From assembly GCA_963719515.1 (NCBI GenBank), contig CAVRCJ010000001.1:128001-192000 (forward strand): a stretch of DNA of 64,000 nucleotides. Direction: 5' to 3'. Under the pieces are notes generated by a model. The model saw only the letters and a program-made list of their open reading frames with translations. It did not search any database and had not been told where the DNA came from. This document shows, one piece after another, positions 10,440 to 21,076 of the stretch. Origin of the DNA: an uncultured cyanobacterium (GTDB lineage Bacteria > Cyanobacteriota > Cyanobacteriia > CAKZMO01). The first letter of the stretch is position 1; every line of letters starts with the position of its first letter. A program made the position numbers and the translations under genes.

Positions 10440-10877
10440 ATGGTGGATGCTTTTTCCGGAAATTCCCGCCTGATTGTGGTGGAGGACAGCGACGCTGACT
10501 TTACCGCCCTGAAGCGATCGCTAGTCAAACTAAAGGTTCGCAACCCCATCCGGCGTTTTGAAAATGCAGACGATACCCTCGACTTTCTTCAATCGCGTTA
10601 CCAGGAGGCTTCACAGGTCGAGCCAACCATTATCCTGCTCGACCTCAACCTTCCGGGAACCGACGGTCGAGATTTCATCGTTCAAGTCAAACAAAACGAC
10701 GCGCTCAAGCGTATTCCTGTGGTGGTCTTCTCGACGTCGTCGAACCCAAGGGATGTCGAGTTCGCATACCTCAACGGCGCTAACGGCTATATGGTAAAGC
10801 CTGTGAGTACCGAGAAGTTCTACGCTAGCATGAGCAGCTTCAAAAGCTACTGGCTAGAGACTAACCACCTTGATTGA
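10440..10877 (+). CDS. Single-domain response regulator (Rcp-like), partner of the phytochrome
   Basis: VVEDSD, ILLDLNLPG, STS, GANGYMVKP; 18 nt downstream of the kinase. Confidence 0.9.
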   Translation: MVDAFSGNSRLIVVEDSDADFTALKRSLVKLKVRNPIRRFENADDTLDFLQSRYQEASQVEPTIILLDLNLPGTDGRDFIVQVKQNDALKRIPVVVFSTSSNPRDVEFAYLNGANGYMVKPVSTEKFYASMSSFKSYWLETNHLD

Positions 10878-11032
10878 CGCTATGGGGTCTTTTCTACAGG
10901 ACTCTTGAAGATTGGTCCGCAGCGCGATCGCTCGTCATATCCTATAAGCATTACGATGCACCCCCGCTCAATCTTGATACCGCTGGCGAATTTCATGTCT
11001 TGTTACATCTCGGCTATTTCCTGCCCCGGAGA

Positions 11033-11152
11033 AGGCCCCCTAAATCCCCCAATTCTGGGGGACTTCAGAGAGGTTAGAACTCCTTAAAGTCAATAGCCGC
11101 GAATAGTATGGCCACTGCTCCGGTTCCCCCAGAATTGGGGGTTAGGGGGCCT
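11033..11152. repeat. ~120-bp element with ~30-bp imperfect terminal inverted repeats (cyanobacterial short dispersed repeat / MITE-like)
   Basis: AGGCCCCCTAAATCCCCCAATTCTGGGGGA (11033-11062) and TCCCCCAGAATTGGGGGTTAGGGGGCCT (11125-11152) are reverse complements apart from a 2-nt indel; each arm is internally palindromic. Confidence 0.7.
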
Positions 11153-11194
11153 CGAAAGCGTGCAGCTCGATTACGAAATATTTCGCCAGCGGTA

Positions 11195-11632
11195 TCAATC
11201 TTTGCGCGGGGGTATTTTTACGATCGTGAACCAAAACTGCTCTAACGCGCGAATAACCTCATTAAATTCATCTAGACCGACGGGTTTACTGACGTAGCAG
11301 TTAGCGCCCAATCGGTAGCTGTCGTCAATATCTTGCTGCGCTTGAGACGTCGTCAGAACGGCAATTGGAATATGGCACAGCTCTTTCTCTGATCGAATTA
11401 CCTGGATGATTTCTTTACCACTCATGCCGGGAAGATTTAGGTCTAAAAAGATTAGGTCTGGCAAAATAGCGTCCTCGAAGGGAGCCCGCTGATGTAAGTA
11501 CGTCAGCGCGTCAGCGCCGCTGCGGACCGCGTTGAGGCGTACATGGAGCTTCGATTCCAGTAAGGCTTCCTGCGTCAGATCAATGTCTGCTGCATCATCT
11601 TCGACCAGAAGTACTTCAAAAGGAGAACTCAT
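11195..11632 (-). CDS. Single-domain response regulator (Rcp-like)
   Basis: LLVEDD, PDLIFLDLNLPG, LTTS, GANCYVSKP; start placed at MSSPFEV (11632) rather than the longer ORF start. Confidence 0.9.
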   Translation of the reverse strand: MSSPFEVLLVEDDAADIDLTQEALLESKLHVRLNAVRSGADALTYLHQRAPFEDAILPDLIFLDLNLPGMSGKEIIQVIRSEKELCHIPIAVLTTSQAQQDIDDSYRLGANCYVSKPVGLDEFNEVIRALEQFWFTIVKIPPRKD

Positions 11633-11739
11633 TGAAAACCTTCTTCGTAGGCGTTTGTGGTCCATAACTTAGCAAAGTCTACCCGCTAAAGCCATCCGTC
11701 TTTACTAGGAAATCCCGAAATTCGCAAGCTCAAATAGGG

Positions 11740-14700
11740 TTAAGAGAGTTCAAGAACTGGAACCTGTTGAGAGCGCGCTTCGGGATCTACGACATGCCGA
11801 GCAGGCACTGCCGGTAGCGTAAAATAAAACGTTGCCCCTTCTCCCAACGTTGATTCAACCCAAATTTGGCCGCCGTGGTGTTCAACAATGCGTTTACACA
11901 CCGCCAGCCCAATCCCCGTTCCCTCGTAGGCTTCCCGCACGTGTAGCCGCTGGAACACCACAAATATTCGCTCGGCGAACTCGGGAGCGATGCCAATGCC
12001 GTTGTCTGAGACTGAAAATTGCCAGAACTCGCCTGCGGGTGCGGCTTCAATGACAATCTTGGGAGAGTCATCAGATCGATATTTGAGACTGTTGCCAATC
12101 AGGTTTTGCAGCAGCTGTCGCAGCTGAATGGCATTGCCCTGAACCAGAGGCAGGGAGGAAGGACTGTCGATCTCAGCCTGGTTTTCCTCAATGTACGTCT
12201 GCAGATCGCTGAGCACCTGATCCAGTAGAGGCCCTAGTGCGACGGGCTTGCTCTTGAGTTCGCCCCGCCCGACCCGCGAGTACTCCAGCAGGTCATTGAT
12301 TAAGTTCATCATCCGCATAGCGCCGTCGGTGATGTAGCCGATATACTTATCGGCCCGCTCGTCGAGCTGCCCCTCGTAGCGTTTGACCAAAAGATCGGAA
12401 TAGCTGCGAATTTTACGCAACGGCTCCCGCAGGTCGTGGGAGGCGACGTAGGCGAAATGCTCTAGCTCCTTATTAGACCGCTTGAGCTCTTCATTGAGCT
12501 TCTCAAGCTGCTCCTCGCTGCACTTTTTCTGCGTGATGTCTATGGTCAGCATGCCCAGCTGAGCGGTAGCACCAGACGCATCAGAAATAGGAAAGTAAAA
12601 GCCTAGCCAATGGCGCACCACCTCAGGCTCCCAAGGGGTGCAAAACGCTAGCTCCTGCTGAATAGCAGCTCCACCCTGAAAAACCTGCTCGTAGATGGGG
12701 ATCGTTTTCTCGGCAAGATGAGGCACCACGTCTGACACCCGCTTACCCAGGTGGTCTGCCGGGGAGAGAGTGTCGATGTCTGCTAGGGCCGGATTGATCT
12801 GCAGGTATCGAAAGTCTTTATCGAGAATAGCGATGCCAATATTGGCGCAAGAAACGGCCTCAAAGAAAGACTGCAAGAGGTTTTGCTGGGCAGCAATCTC
12901 TTCCTGCAGCCGCTTCCTTTCGGTAATTACCTCAGTCAGCATAATTAACCCCCCAATTGCCCCCCCGTCGGTGTACCAAGGATGCAGCTCCCAGCGCAGC
13001 CACTCTGTCTCTCCGTTTTCACGTACGAACGAGTCTTCTTCGCAGGTCAAAACCTCTCCTGCCAGACAGCGCTGATGATTCGTTCTCCAGCGGTCAGGGG
13101 TGTCTGGAAAGAACTCATAGTGACTGCGCCCAATCAGATCGCGATCGCTCAGGTTGTAGTCGCTGAGCCAGCGGTGACTGTAAACCTGATAGCAGAGGTC
13201 GCGGTCCAGCATGGCCACGGCAGCAGGCGTGTACTTAACGAATAGACGCAGCTGATTTTCACTCTCCCGCAGCGCAGCCTCAGCGTGGCGGCGCTGCTCT
13301 ACTTCCGCTTCGAGCTGTTGGTTGGTCTCAACCAGCAGGGCAGTGCGCTGCTGGATACGCACCTCCAAGTCTTGGTTAACTTGCTCTAAACTACGCTGCG
13401 CCTCGGCTAGACCTTTCTCGGCTTTGCAGCGCTCTAAGAGCTCGCCTTGAAGCTGCTCTAGCAGACACATTTGCTGAATCGAAATTCCGAGCTGGACGGC
13501 GATCTCCAACAATATGTCAATATCTTCTGGCGCGGGTTTGGCCGTGGGGGAATAGCTAGCCACCAGCGTCCCCCAAGAGGAGCAGCATTGACAGTCGATA
13601 TCGGTGTCAGAGGATAGGCGAATGGGCACCGATAGTTTGGCTCCTATGCTGCCGGTAGCGGAGATCAAGACTGGCTTCTTGCCTCCAATTATCGAATTGT
13701 CATCTGGGTCGGGGCTACTGTCCGTTGCCAGCGGGCTGACAACGCCCGAGAGGAGCGTCTGGCTATCGGTATCTACGCGGTAGACGCGCACTCCCTCGCA
13801 GTTCAGCACCTGCTGAATATCTTCAACCGCCGTCTTTAAAGTGTCTTGAAGCTCAGCAGATTGATGAATTCTTAGAGCTGAATCAGTAATCAGCTGACGG
13901 CGACGCTGGCTGCGGTCTAGCTCTAGCTTGAGCCGCTGCTGCGTGAGCGCCCGATGCATTGTATTGACCAGCTTGGCCCGATTCACCTTGCCTTTGACCA
14001 AATATTCCGCTGCTCCAGCCTTGATTGCCCCTACCGCCACTTCCTCATCACCTTGCCCCGTCATCATAATGATGGCCGGGAAAACCCCAGGATGCTGCTG
14101 ACGCAGCGCCTCCAGCGTATCTAGTCCCTGCGAATCCGGCAGGCAGTAGTCTAGCAAGATGATGTCTGGCAAATGCTCTTTTGCTAAAGCTAGACCTTCC
14201 GCGCTGTCCTCAGCCTCAATGAACCGGTAGTCGTAGGCTTCATCTCCTTTGAGGTATCGCTGGTAGGAGAGGCGATCGCTCTCAAAATCATCAACAATTA
14301 GTACCTTGACGTCGCGGCTCATAGCGCTGGCGCTAATTCTCTCTAATATTGTGTCGATTTCTGCTCTAGATTCGGCTAGGGCCGTCTCAACGCGCTCGCG
14401 TGCCTCAATCTCCTGCTGCAGCTGCTGGTTGGCCGCCTCAATGTCGTCTAGGTCGGGCCGCTTCAGCATCTCTCGAATCGTCGGCACCAGCGTCACTGCA
14501 GCGCAGATAGACGCCAGCGCCATGATGGCTTTAATAGTCCCGGAGGTCCAATAGTCTGGATGCCACAGCGTCCAAATTTCCATGAGGTGCGCCGTTCCAC
14601 CGGCTAGGACAAAGGCTCCGAACAGCGCGAACATCTTGTTAAACGGCAAGTCGTCCCGCCGCCGTACGAAAAAAAGCAGCGATATAGGGATGGAATAGTA

Positions 14701-14823
14701 GGCGATCGCCGTCAAGGCATCAGCCAAAACGTGGAGCACTACCAAATCCGTTTGCCAGGGGTAGCAATGCCCATAGGGCATCATATGGAGCGCAGTGAGG
14801 GTAGCTAGACTAAGCGTGAACAT
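11740..14823 (-). CDS. Multi-sensor histidine kinase: ethylene-receptor-like TM domain, REC, GAF-like, PAS x2, HisKA/HATPase
   Basis: ADALTAIAYYSIP...FGAFVLAGGTAH 3-TM domain; LIVDD..PDIILLD..MMTG receiver; PAS repeats; SHDLREPLRK H-box; DNGIGI and GTGIGL boxes. Confidence 0.88.
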   Translation of the reverse strand: MFTLSLATLTALHMMPYGHCYPWQTDLVVLHVLADALTAIAYYSIPISLLFFVRRRDDLPFNKMFALFGAFVLAGGTAHLMEIWTLWHPDYWTSGTIKAIMALASICAAVTLVPTIREMLKRPDLDDIEAANQQLQQEIEARERVETALAESRAEIDTILERISASAMSRDVKVLIVDDFESDRLSYQRYLKGDEAYDYRFIEAEDSAEGLALAKEHLPDIILLDYCLPDSQGLDTLEALRQQHPGVFPAIIMMTGQGDEEVAVGAIKAGAAEYLVKGKVNRAKLVNTMHRALTQQRLKLELDRSQRRRQLITDSALRIHQSAELQDTLKTAVEDIQQVLNCEGVRVYRVDTDSQTLLSGVVSPLATDSSPDPDDNSIIGGKKPVLISATGSIGAKLSVPIRLSSDTDIDCQCCSSWGTLVASYSPTAKPAPEDIDILLEIAVQLGISIQQMCLLEQLQGELLERCKAEKGLAEAQRSLEQVNQDLEVRIQQRTALLVETNQQLEAEVEQRRHAEAALRESENQLRLFVKYTPAAVAMLDRDLCYQVYSHRWLSDYNLSDRDLIGRSHYEFFPDTPDRWRTNHQRCLAGEVLTCEEDSFVRENGETEWLRWELHPWYTDGGAIGGLIMLTEVITERKRLQEEIAAQQNLLQSFFEAVSCANIGIAILDKDFRYLQINPALADIDTLSPADHLGKRVSDVVPHLAEKTIPIYEQVFQGGAAIQQELAFCTPWEPEVVRHWLGFYFPISDASGATAQLGMLTIDITQKKCSEEQLEKLNEELKRSNKELEHFAYVASHDLREPLRKIRSYSDLLVKRYEGQLDERADKYIGYITDGAMRMMNLINDLLEYSRVGRGELKSKPVALGPLLDQVLSDLQTYIEENQAEIDSPSSLPLVQGNAIQLRQLLQNLIGNSLKYRSDDSPKIVIEAAPAGEFWQFSVSDNGIGIAPEFAERIFVVFQRLHVREAYEGTGIGLAVCKRIVEHHGGQIWVESTLGEGATFYFTLPAVPARHVVDPEARSQQVPVLELS

Positions 14824-14880
14824 GGCGAGTGATTCTAAAGGGTGAGGTCGGACGGCAGCAAAGCGCGGCGGAGGGGGTTG

Positions 14881-17431
14881 CTAAGCGACAGCATTCATCG
14901 TCGTCGCTTCAAACCCGACGATTGGCTTTTCCGCCAGCAGCGCCGGCATGGCGATCGCATAGCCCTGCATGTAGTCCACGCCCAGGGTTTTCACCTTCTC
15001 TAGCAGCTGCGCATCGCTGACAAACTCGGCTATTGTGCGCAGCCCCATCAGATGGGCCACATTGTTGACGGCCTCTACCATGGCGCAGGCTACCTGGTCG
15101 CTCGCAATATCGCGAATAAAGCTGCCGTCGATTTTGAGATAGTCTACGGGTAGAGTTCTGAGGTAAGACAAGGACGACATCCCGGTCCCGAAGTCGTCGA
15201 GGGCAAACTGACAGCCGACCTGCTTGAGTTGCTCAATGAAGCTGACAGCTCGCTTCATATTAGAGATAGCAGCGGTCTCAGTGATTTCAAAGCAGATGAT
15301 TTGGGGAGGAATGCCGTAGTGGTCTAGCTGCGCCTGAATAAACCCCAAAAAGCGCTCGTCATTGATGCTATCGCCAGAGAGGTTGATGGAGTACACCGAG
15401 TTCAATAGGGCAGCCTGCTCGTCGAGGGAAGTCCCATACCGCGGCCAGGGAAGGCGATCGCTCAAATATTCAAAACAGTGGCGAATTACCCAGCGATCGA
15501 TCTCGGGCATCAGGCTATAGCGCTCTGCCGCCGGAATGAAAGCGGCAGGTGAGATTAAGTTGTTGTGCTCATCGACCAGCCGGAGAAGCACCTCGCAGTG
15601 GTGAGCCCCTCCCGAGCTGTCGTCAGACTCAGCAATCGGCTGATAAAATAGCTGAAACTGATCCCCTTCGAGGGCTTCAGAGAGTCGTGTAAACCACTGG
15701 GTTTCGCTTGAGTATCGAGAGAGCCCCTGATCTTCGTGCTGGTAGACATGGACGCGGTTGCGGCCTCGGCGCTTGGCGGCGTAGCAGGCGGCGTCGGCAG
15801 CATTCATGCACTCGTCTTTGGTGTGAATGGTCTCGTCGATTAGGCTGAGGCCAATACTGCTGCCGATTTTGAAGACGCGGCCCTGCTGCGAGAAGCGAAA
15901 CTGACTGAACAGATTGCAGATGGTATTCGTGATTCGCAGCGCCTGGTCAAGCGGACATTCGTAGAGCAAAATGGCGAATTCATCGCCACCCAAGCGAGCG
16001 ACGACGTCAGTTTTGCGAACTCGCTCTTGCAGTATCTCTGCCACCTGCCGCAGCAGCTCATCTCCAGAGGCGTGGCCGCAGGTGTCGTTAACCACCTTGA
16101 AGTGGTCTAAATCGACGCAGCAGAGGACGTGGGAGCGAGACCCTTCCCGCACAGATTGGATTGCTTCCTCTACTTTGTGGCAAAAGGCTCTGCGATTGAG
16201 CAGGCCCGTTAGGGCGTCGTGGTTGGCCTGCCAGGAGAGCTGGTTGGCTCGCCCTCGGGCTTCGGTGACGTCGTGAAAAACAATAACGCTGCCGACGATG
16301 TCCCCTGTGTTGGAGTGAATCGGGGCTGTGGAATCGTCGATGGCAATCGACTGCTGGTTTCTGGAGAGCAGCACGGGATGGTTGCTTAGGCTAACGACCC
16401 GGTTTTCTTTGAATAGAGACCTCAACGGGATTGGGCAACGGCTCGAAGGTCTCTTCATCCACCACCTTGAAGACCTGCTGAACAGACTGCCCCTTGGCGT
16501 GGTCTAAGGTCCATCCCGTGAGCTTTTCCGCTGCCGGATTTAGGGATTCAACAATGCCGTGTTTGTCGGTGGTGATCACCGCGTCCCCAATGGACTGCAG
16601 GGTGATCATCGCCAGCTCTTTTTCTTCGTACAGCTTCTGCTCTAGATATTTTCGCTGCGTGATATCAGATAAAGACCCCGCGATGCGGTAGGCTTGCCCG
16701 ACGCTGTCCCAAAGCGCCATGCCGCGACACAGCCCCCAAACATAGTCGCCGCTTTTATGGCGAATTTGATGCTCAACCTGCCAGTGGGCGTCTTGCCGAT
16801 TGAGGTGGCGCGTCATGGATTCCATCACCTTCTGCAGGTGGGCGGGATGGACACGGTGTAGCCACTCGTCCGGGTGGTCTCCAATTTCGTGCTCTTGGTA
16901 GCCCAGCATGAGCTTCCAGCGAGGTGAGAAATAGATGGTCTTACGGTTCAAGTCCCAATCCCAAAGGCCATCGTTGGCCCCCTGGACTGCGATCGCATAC
17001 CGCTCTTCGCTGATCAGTAGCTGATTGAGCAGTTGCTTTCGCTCTATCGCATAGTGAATAGTTCGGTTGAGGATATCTTCGTTAATGTTGCCTTTAATGA
17101 GATAGTCTTGCGCCCCCGTTCGCAGCGCTTCGATGGCCACATCTTTGTCGTCGAGCCCTGTCAGCACCACAATTGGAATTTCAGGACTGGCTTGAACGAC
17201 CCGTTTGATGGTGGTCATTCCGGTGGCGTCGGGTAGCGAGAGATCAAGCAAAACCACGTCGAAGCAGTTTTTTACCTGGCGATAGCTAAGATAGTTAAGA
17301 CCCTCCTCCAAAGTCCGCACATGCACTAGCCCGCAGTAAACGGCACCGGCTAGCTCAAGATACTCTCGAAGGAGATCGGCATCGCCCTCGTCGTCTTCAA
17401 TTAACAACACCTGTAGGTATCGCTCTAGCAT
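14881..17431 (-). pseudogene. REC-PAS-PAS-GGDEF-EAL diguanylate cyclase/phosphodiesterase split by a +1 frameshift at ~16408-16410 (pseudogene or assembly error)
   Basis: ORFs 16391..17431 and 14881..16458 join inside a PAS domain when one A is removed from CAAAGAAAAC (849 aa). HDALTGLLNR, RKTD I-site, RLGGDEF, EVLLR and DDFGTG are present. Confidence 0.85.
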
Positions 17432-17610
17432 ATAGACTCTTGACCTCTACGCACACCAAGCTCTGTCTGTGACCTCACGTTCGAGCTTGAGCTTGACTCA
17501 TCACAGTTAGAGTGCCCTTGTGTCTATTTGTATCGCTAGCGGATATTACTGAAGCTGATATCCAGTAAGGAGCTATACGCGCTAGCCGCTAAGGTCTGTG
17601 GCGATCGCCC

Positions 17611-18135
17611 TCAGTCAGCGGTCTCTACGCTTTCCTCTATCTCGATGCCGTCTTCACTCTCGACGCTTTCCTCTACCTCTAGGCTTTCCTCACCCCCAGC
17701 CAGCGGCAACACCTCCTGCACCACCAGCCGATACCGCCCCCGATGCTCTGGATCTTGCGCATTGGCAACCACTGAATACGTCCCGTCCTCTGGCAGCGTC
17801 ACTAAAATGCCGGCGCTTAGCGTCGTGTCATCAAAGTCGTCGTTCGTGGCTAGCTGCTCGTCCTGTGGACCAAACAGCCATACATATGAGTCAAGCTCCG
17901 CGCTCTCCATGACGATGCTCACGGCCTGTCCTGCTTGCCCCTCAAATGAATAAATATCGTAGAGACTGCCGTCTTGCTCAAGCACCTCGTCTCCCGCCTC
18001 CAGCACTCCCTCTACCTGTAAAAGAGGTTCTGATGGAGATGGGGCTGTGCTTTGGGCAGCGGCGTGGCTGGCCAATGCTGTGCCTTCTAGCATCAGCAGC
18101 GCTGCCAGACCAAACCATTTAAAGGAAAAGCGCAT
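17611..18135 (-). CDS. Secreted protein with a pre-peptidase C-terminal (PPC)-like domain and acidic tail
   Basis: Signal peptide; YDIYSFEGQAGQ...DSYVWL...NDD...LPEDGTYSVVA...GRYRL pattern. Confidence 0.75.
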   Translation of the reverse strand: MRFSFKWFGLAALLMLEGTALASHAAAQSTAPSPSEPLLQVEGVLEAGDEVLEQDGSLYDIYSFEGQAGQAVSIVMESAELDSYVWLFGPQDEQLATNDDFDDTTLSAGILVTLPEDGTYSVVANAQDPEHRGRYRLVVQEVLPLAGGEESLEVEESVESEDGIEIEESVETAD

Positions 18136-18415
18136 GAGAAATTCTCCAAAGGAACAAGCGAGAAACCTTTAGCAGTGTATCTTGCCTAGTCTAAAGCCCT
18201 GTGCAGCAAAGGTCAGCGCCTAGATTGGCTGGACCCATTCCTGTAGCCCTCTGAGACGGATCGAAGTAGCAGTCGGTTGAAGACAAAAGCCTTGAGGTGG
18301 CGGATAAAGCGAAGTGCCCCATACGTGAGCGCCGTATGAAAGTTTTATCAATTGGCTTGAGATATACCCGAGGTTGGATGCAAGCTGTATCTACCACCAC
18401 CACATCAAACAGCCT

Positions 18416-19756
18416 ATGCGTCGGCGAGATTTAGCAAGAAACAAGATCAATCAGTCCAAATCTATTGCGCTGAGTCCCCAAAGAAAAATTTTCAAAGACT
18501 TTGTCGGCCAAAGCGATCGCGACGATCTCTACCGATTTCGCGCTAGCAGCAGCAGCACCGTCCGGCTCAACCTTAAAGGTCTAAAGGGCAATGCAAACTT
18601 GCAGATCTTTGCGCCGAAGCGCAGCGTCCGCCAGACGAAGCGTCGCATCGGGTCTATAGATTTTAGTAACCTCAAGCCCTCAAGAATCCGGCGGTTCCTC
18701 AGCCCGGTTGCCAGGTCCAGCCGGGGCGGGCGGCGAAATGAGGCGATCGCAGTTGATGTTGACCCAGGCACTTACTACATCCGCGTTTCGTCAAAAGGGC
18801 GAGCCAACACCCGCTACAGACTGATCGCTAGGGCCAACTCAGTCCCAGTACCGCCAGCTGGACTGCCTCCCGCGCCAGTTGCACCAACTCCGCGGCCGGC
18901 TCCCAGTAATCCAGTCACAGGCAGCCCAACTCCCAGCAATCCAACTCCCAGCAATCCAACTTCACCGCCAGCTTCCAGCAATCCGATCAACGGTAGCACT
19001 GCGTTCACGCTCTATAGCGGTAGCGGACTACCCACCCAGCAGGAACTAGCCCTAGGACAGGTTCCGGTTCCCTTCTCCGACGTCCCCGCAAACCTGCAGC
19101 CTTTCCTCAGTTTTCTGCCCGCTTCGTTGGCAGAGTTCGTGACCCCGACGGCTTTTGCCACCCAAACCGCCACAGCAAATGGCGTCGTTCTTGATACGCG
19201 CAACAGCGCTGACCCCAATGCAGGCTACGCAGGCTACTCTAATTACACCGTTGATCTCAGCGGCGTGAGCCTGGCGAATCCTACTAATATTGATTTCACC
19301 CCCGTCAATCCCAACTTTCCCGTCCTAAACAACAACACCGGGTACAGCCTGACCTTCGACCTTGCCATTAACGCCGAGTCGAGCGTCCCCAACCGCGCTG
19401 GGTTCAGCATACTGGTGGTGGGCAATGACAGTCGGGCGATCGAACTCGACTTTAAGGCTAACAGCATCTTTGCTCAAGCCGCTGACTTTGGCGCTGCTGA
19501 GACGGTAGTACCGAGCTTTAGCTTGGCGAACCGCAACAGCTACGCCCTCAACGTCGCCAACGGCGGCTACGAGCTGTTTGCCAACGGCTCGCAAATCTTG
19601 TCAGGGGCGCTACGCAACTACAACTTCGATCCCGCCGCGAGCGATCCCCCCCTACCGGTCAATCCCTACGCTACGCCCAACTTCATCTTTGGGGGCGACC
19701 TCACCGATGGCGGCTCTAGCTTAACCACCCTAGGCCCGATTTCACTATTCACTTAG
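18416..19756 (+). CDS. PPC-like domain + Pro/Thr/Ser/Asn linker + extracellular beta-rich domain (choice-of-anchor Y-like)
   Basis: DFVGQSDRDDLYRF...GNANLQI...PGTYYIRV PPC pattern; PTPSN repeats; C-terminal RAGFSILV..IELDF..IFAQ..PNFIFGGD. Start uncertain (18374 TTG or 18416 ATG). Confidence 0.65.
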   Translation: MRRRDLARNKINQSKSIALSPQRKIFKDFVGQSDRDDLYRFRASSSSTVRLNLKGLKGNANLQIFAPKRSVRQTKRRIGSIDFSNLKPSRIRRFLSPVARSSRGGRRNEAIAVDVDPGTYYIRVSSKGRANTRYRLIARANSVPVPPAGLPPAPVAPTPRPAPSNPVTGSPTPSNPTPSNPTSPPASSNPINGSTAFTLYSGSGLPTQQELALGQVPVPFSDVPANLQPFLSFLPASLAEFVTPTAFATQTATANGVVLDTRNSADPNAGYAGYSNYTVDLSGVSLANPTNIDFTPVNPNFPVLNNNTGYSLTFDLAINAESSVPNRAGFSILVVGNDSRAIELDFKANSIFAQAADFGAAETVVPSFSLANRNSYALNVANGGYELFANGSQILSGALRNYNFDPAASDPPLPVNPYATPNFIFGGDLTDGGSSLTTLGPISLFT

Positions 19757-19780
19757 GGCATTAGAGCGCTGAGAATGGCG

Positions 19781-19810
19781 AAAAGAAGGGGGGCATCTGC
19801 CCCCCTTCCT
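19781..19810 (-). terminator. Intrinsic terminator-like hairpin between convergent genes
   Basis: GAAGGGGGGCA-TC-TGCCCCCCTTC inverted repeat preceded by AAAA (U tail on the minus strand). Confidence 0.6.
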
Positions 19811-19877
19811 AATTACCTTACCTGTCGTCCTATTGCTCTAGCCTGCGTTGATGAAGGCTAGAAACCAGAACTAAGGT

Positions 19878-20855
19878 CTAGATGCGAACTAGCTCCGGAT
19901 ACTCCGCCACCATCTCGTCAGCCGTCAAGGTCTCTCCGTCCGCCTGGGGCGTCCACAGAACCTCCAGAGCCACCATCTCATCTCCAGAGACAGAACCCAC
20001 CTGGCTCAGGGCCTGACGCAGGTCCTGAGTGGACGAGATTTTGGGCAGGTCAATCTTGCGGCGAGTGGCCACCAGCAGCGTCGCCACAATGTACTCCCCG
20101 GACATGTCAGACTCAATAAGCGCACTGCTTGCAGCGGCGTCGGCCTCGGCGAGGTTTAGCTGGTTGTTGACGTTGGACAGAGATTCGCGGGTGAACTTGC
20201 TGCGCTCCGTCAGCGCCAGCCGGTTGAACTTGGCTTCAGCGCTCTCAAGCCGCGCTTGCTCTGACTCAGCCGCTGCGTAGATCCAGTATTCTGGGTTTCG
20301 CAGTAGAGACAGGGTTGACTCTTGCAGCACCTGGGCCAAACCGGCAGAGCTGCTGGTGTCGGCACTTTCCGCCATGCGGCTGAGGTCTTGCTGCAGATAG
20401 CGGGCCTGAGCTAACAACCCAACCTGAATTTTGGCCACGGACAGCTTGGGGCTAGCCGTGCTGTAGCTGACCTCGTCTTCAACGCCTGCGCTGCGGAAGC
20501 TGCGAACGATGAAGTTGGCCACGGAAATGAAGATCAAAATGGTGAATAGCCCGCCGAAGCCACCGCCAAAGCCAAAGAAGGGCAGCAGGAAGGGAAAGCC
20601 GAAGCCACCGCCGCCGTAGCCATAGCCGTAGCCTCTACCGACGGGAGGCGCGGTGCGGGGAGAGCTGTAGCTGCGCGGGGCGGAGTAGCTGCGGGGCGCA
20701 GAGCGAAAACTGCCGCCGCCAATTCGACCTCCGGAGCGGGCCGCTAAGGCGGAGTTGGCCTGTCCAAAGACCAGTACGGCGATTAGCCCTACCGTCATCA
20801 GCACTTTGGTCAGCGCCTTGAGCCGTGGCGAAATTGTCTGAAGTAGTTTTCTCAT
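19878..20855 (-). CDS. DUF1517 family membrane protein (FLAP1-like)
   Basis: ARSGGRIGGGSF, Gly-rich stretch + TM, KIQVGLLA, LSLLRNPEYW, LEVLWTPQ. Confidence 0.88.
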   Translation of the reverse strand: MRKLLQTISPRLKALTKVLMTVGLIAVLVFGQANSALAARSGGRIGGGSFRSAPRSYSAPRSYSSPRTAPPVGRGYGYGYGGGGFGFPFLLPFFGFGGGFGGLFTILIFISVANFIVRSFRSAGVEDEVSYSTASPKLSVAKIQVGLLAQARYLQQDLSRMAESADTSSSAGLAQVLQESTLSLLRNPEYWIYAAAESEQARLESAEAKFNRLALTERSKFTRESLSNVNNQLNLAEADAAASSALIESDMSGEYIVATLLVATRRKIDLPKISSTQDLRQALSQVGSVSGDEMVALEVLWTPQADGETLTADEMVAEYPELVRI

Positions 20856-21076
20856 AGCAGTCGTTTATCGGTCGTTGATTTGGGCCGTGGTGTCGAAAGC
20901 TTTTGAACCGGTAAGCGATGCCTAGCGATGGTTCGTGGCTCTGCGACGTCAGTGCACCCTTTACTCCTACGTTAGCGCCTTGGCGGCGATCGCGCGTCCC
21001 GTAAACGGCAGATTCTGGTCGCGATTGCCGAACCTGTTGCGCAACGGGATCGATTCGGATAATCTCACGGTTCAAG

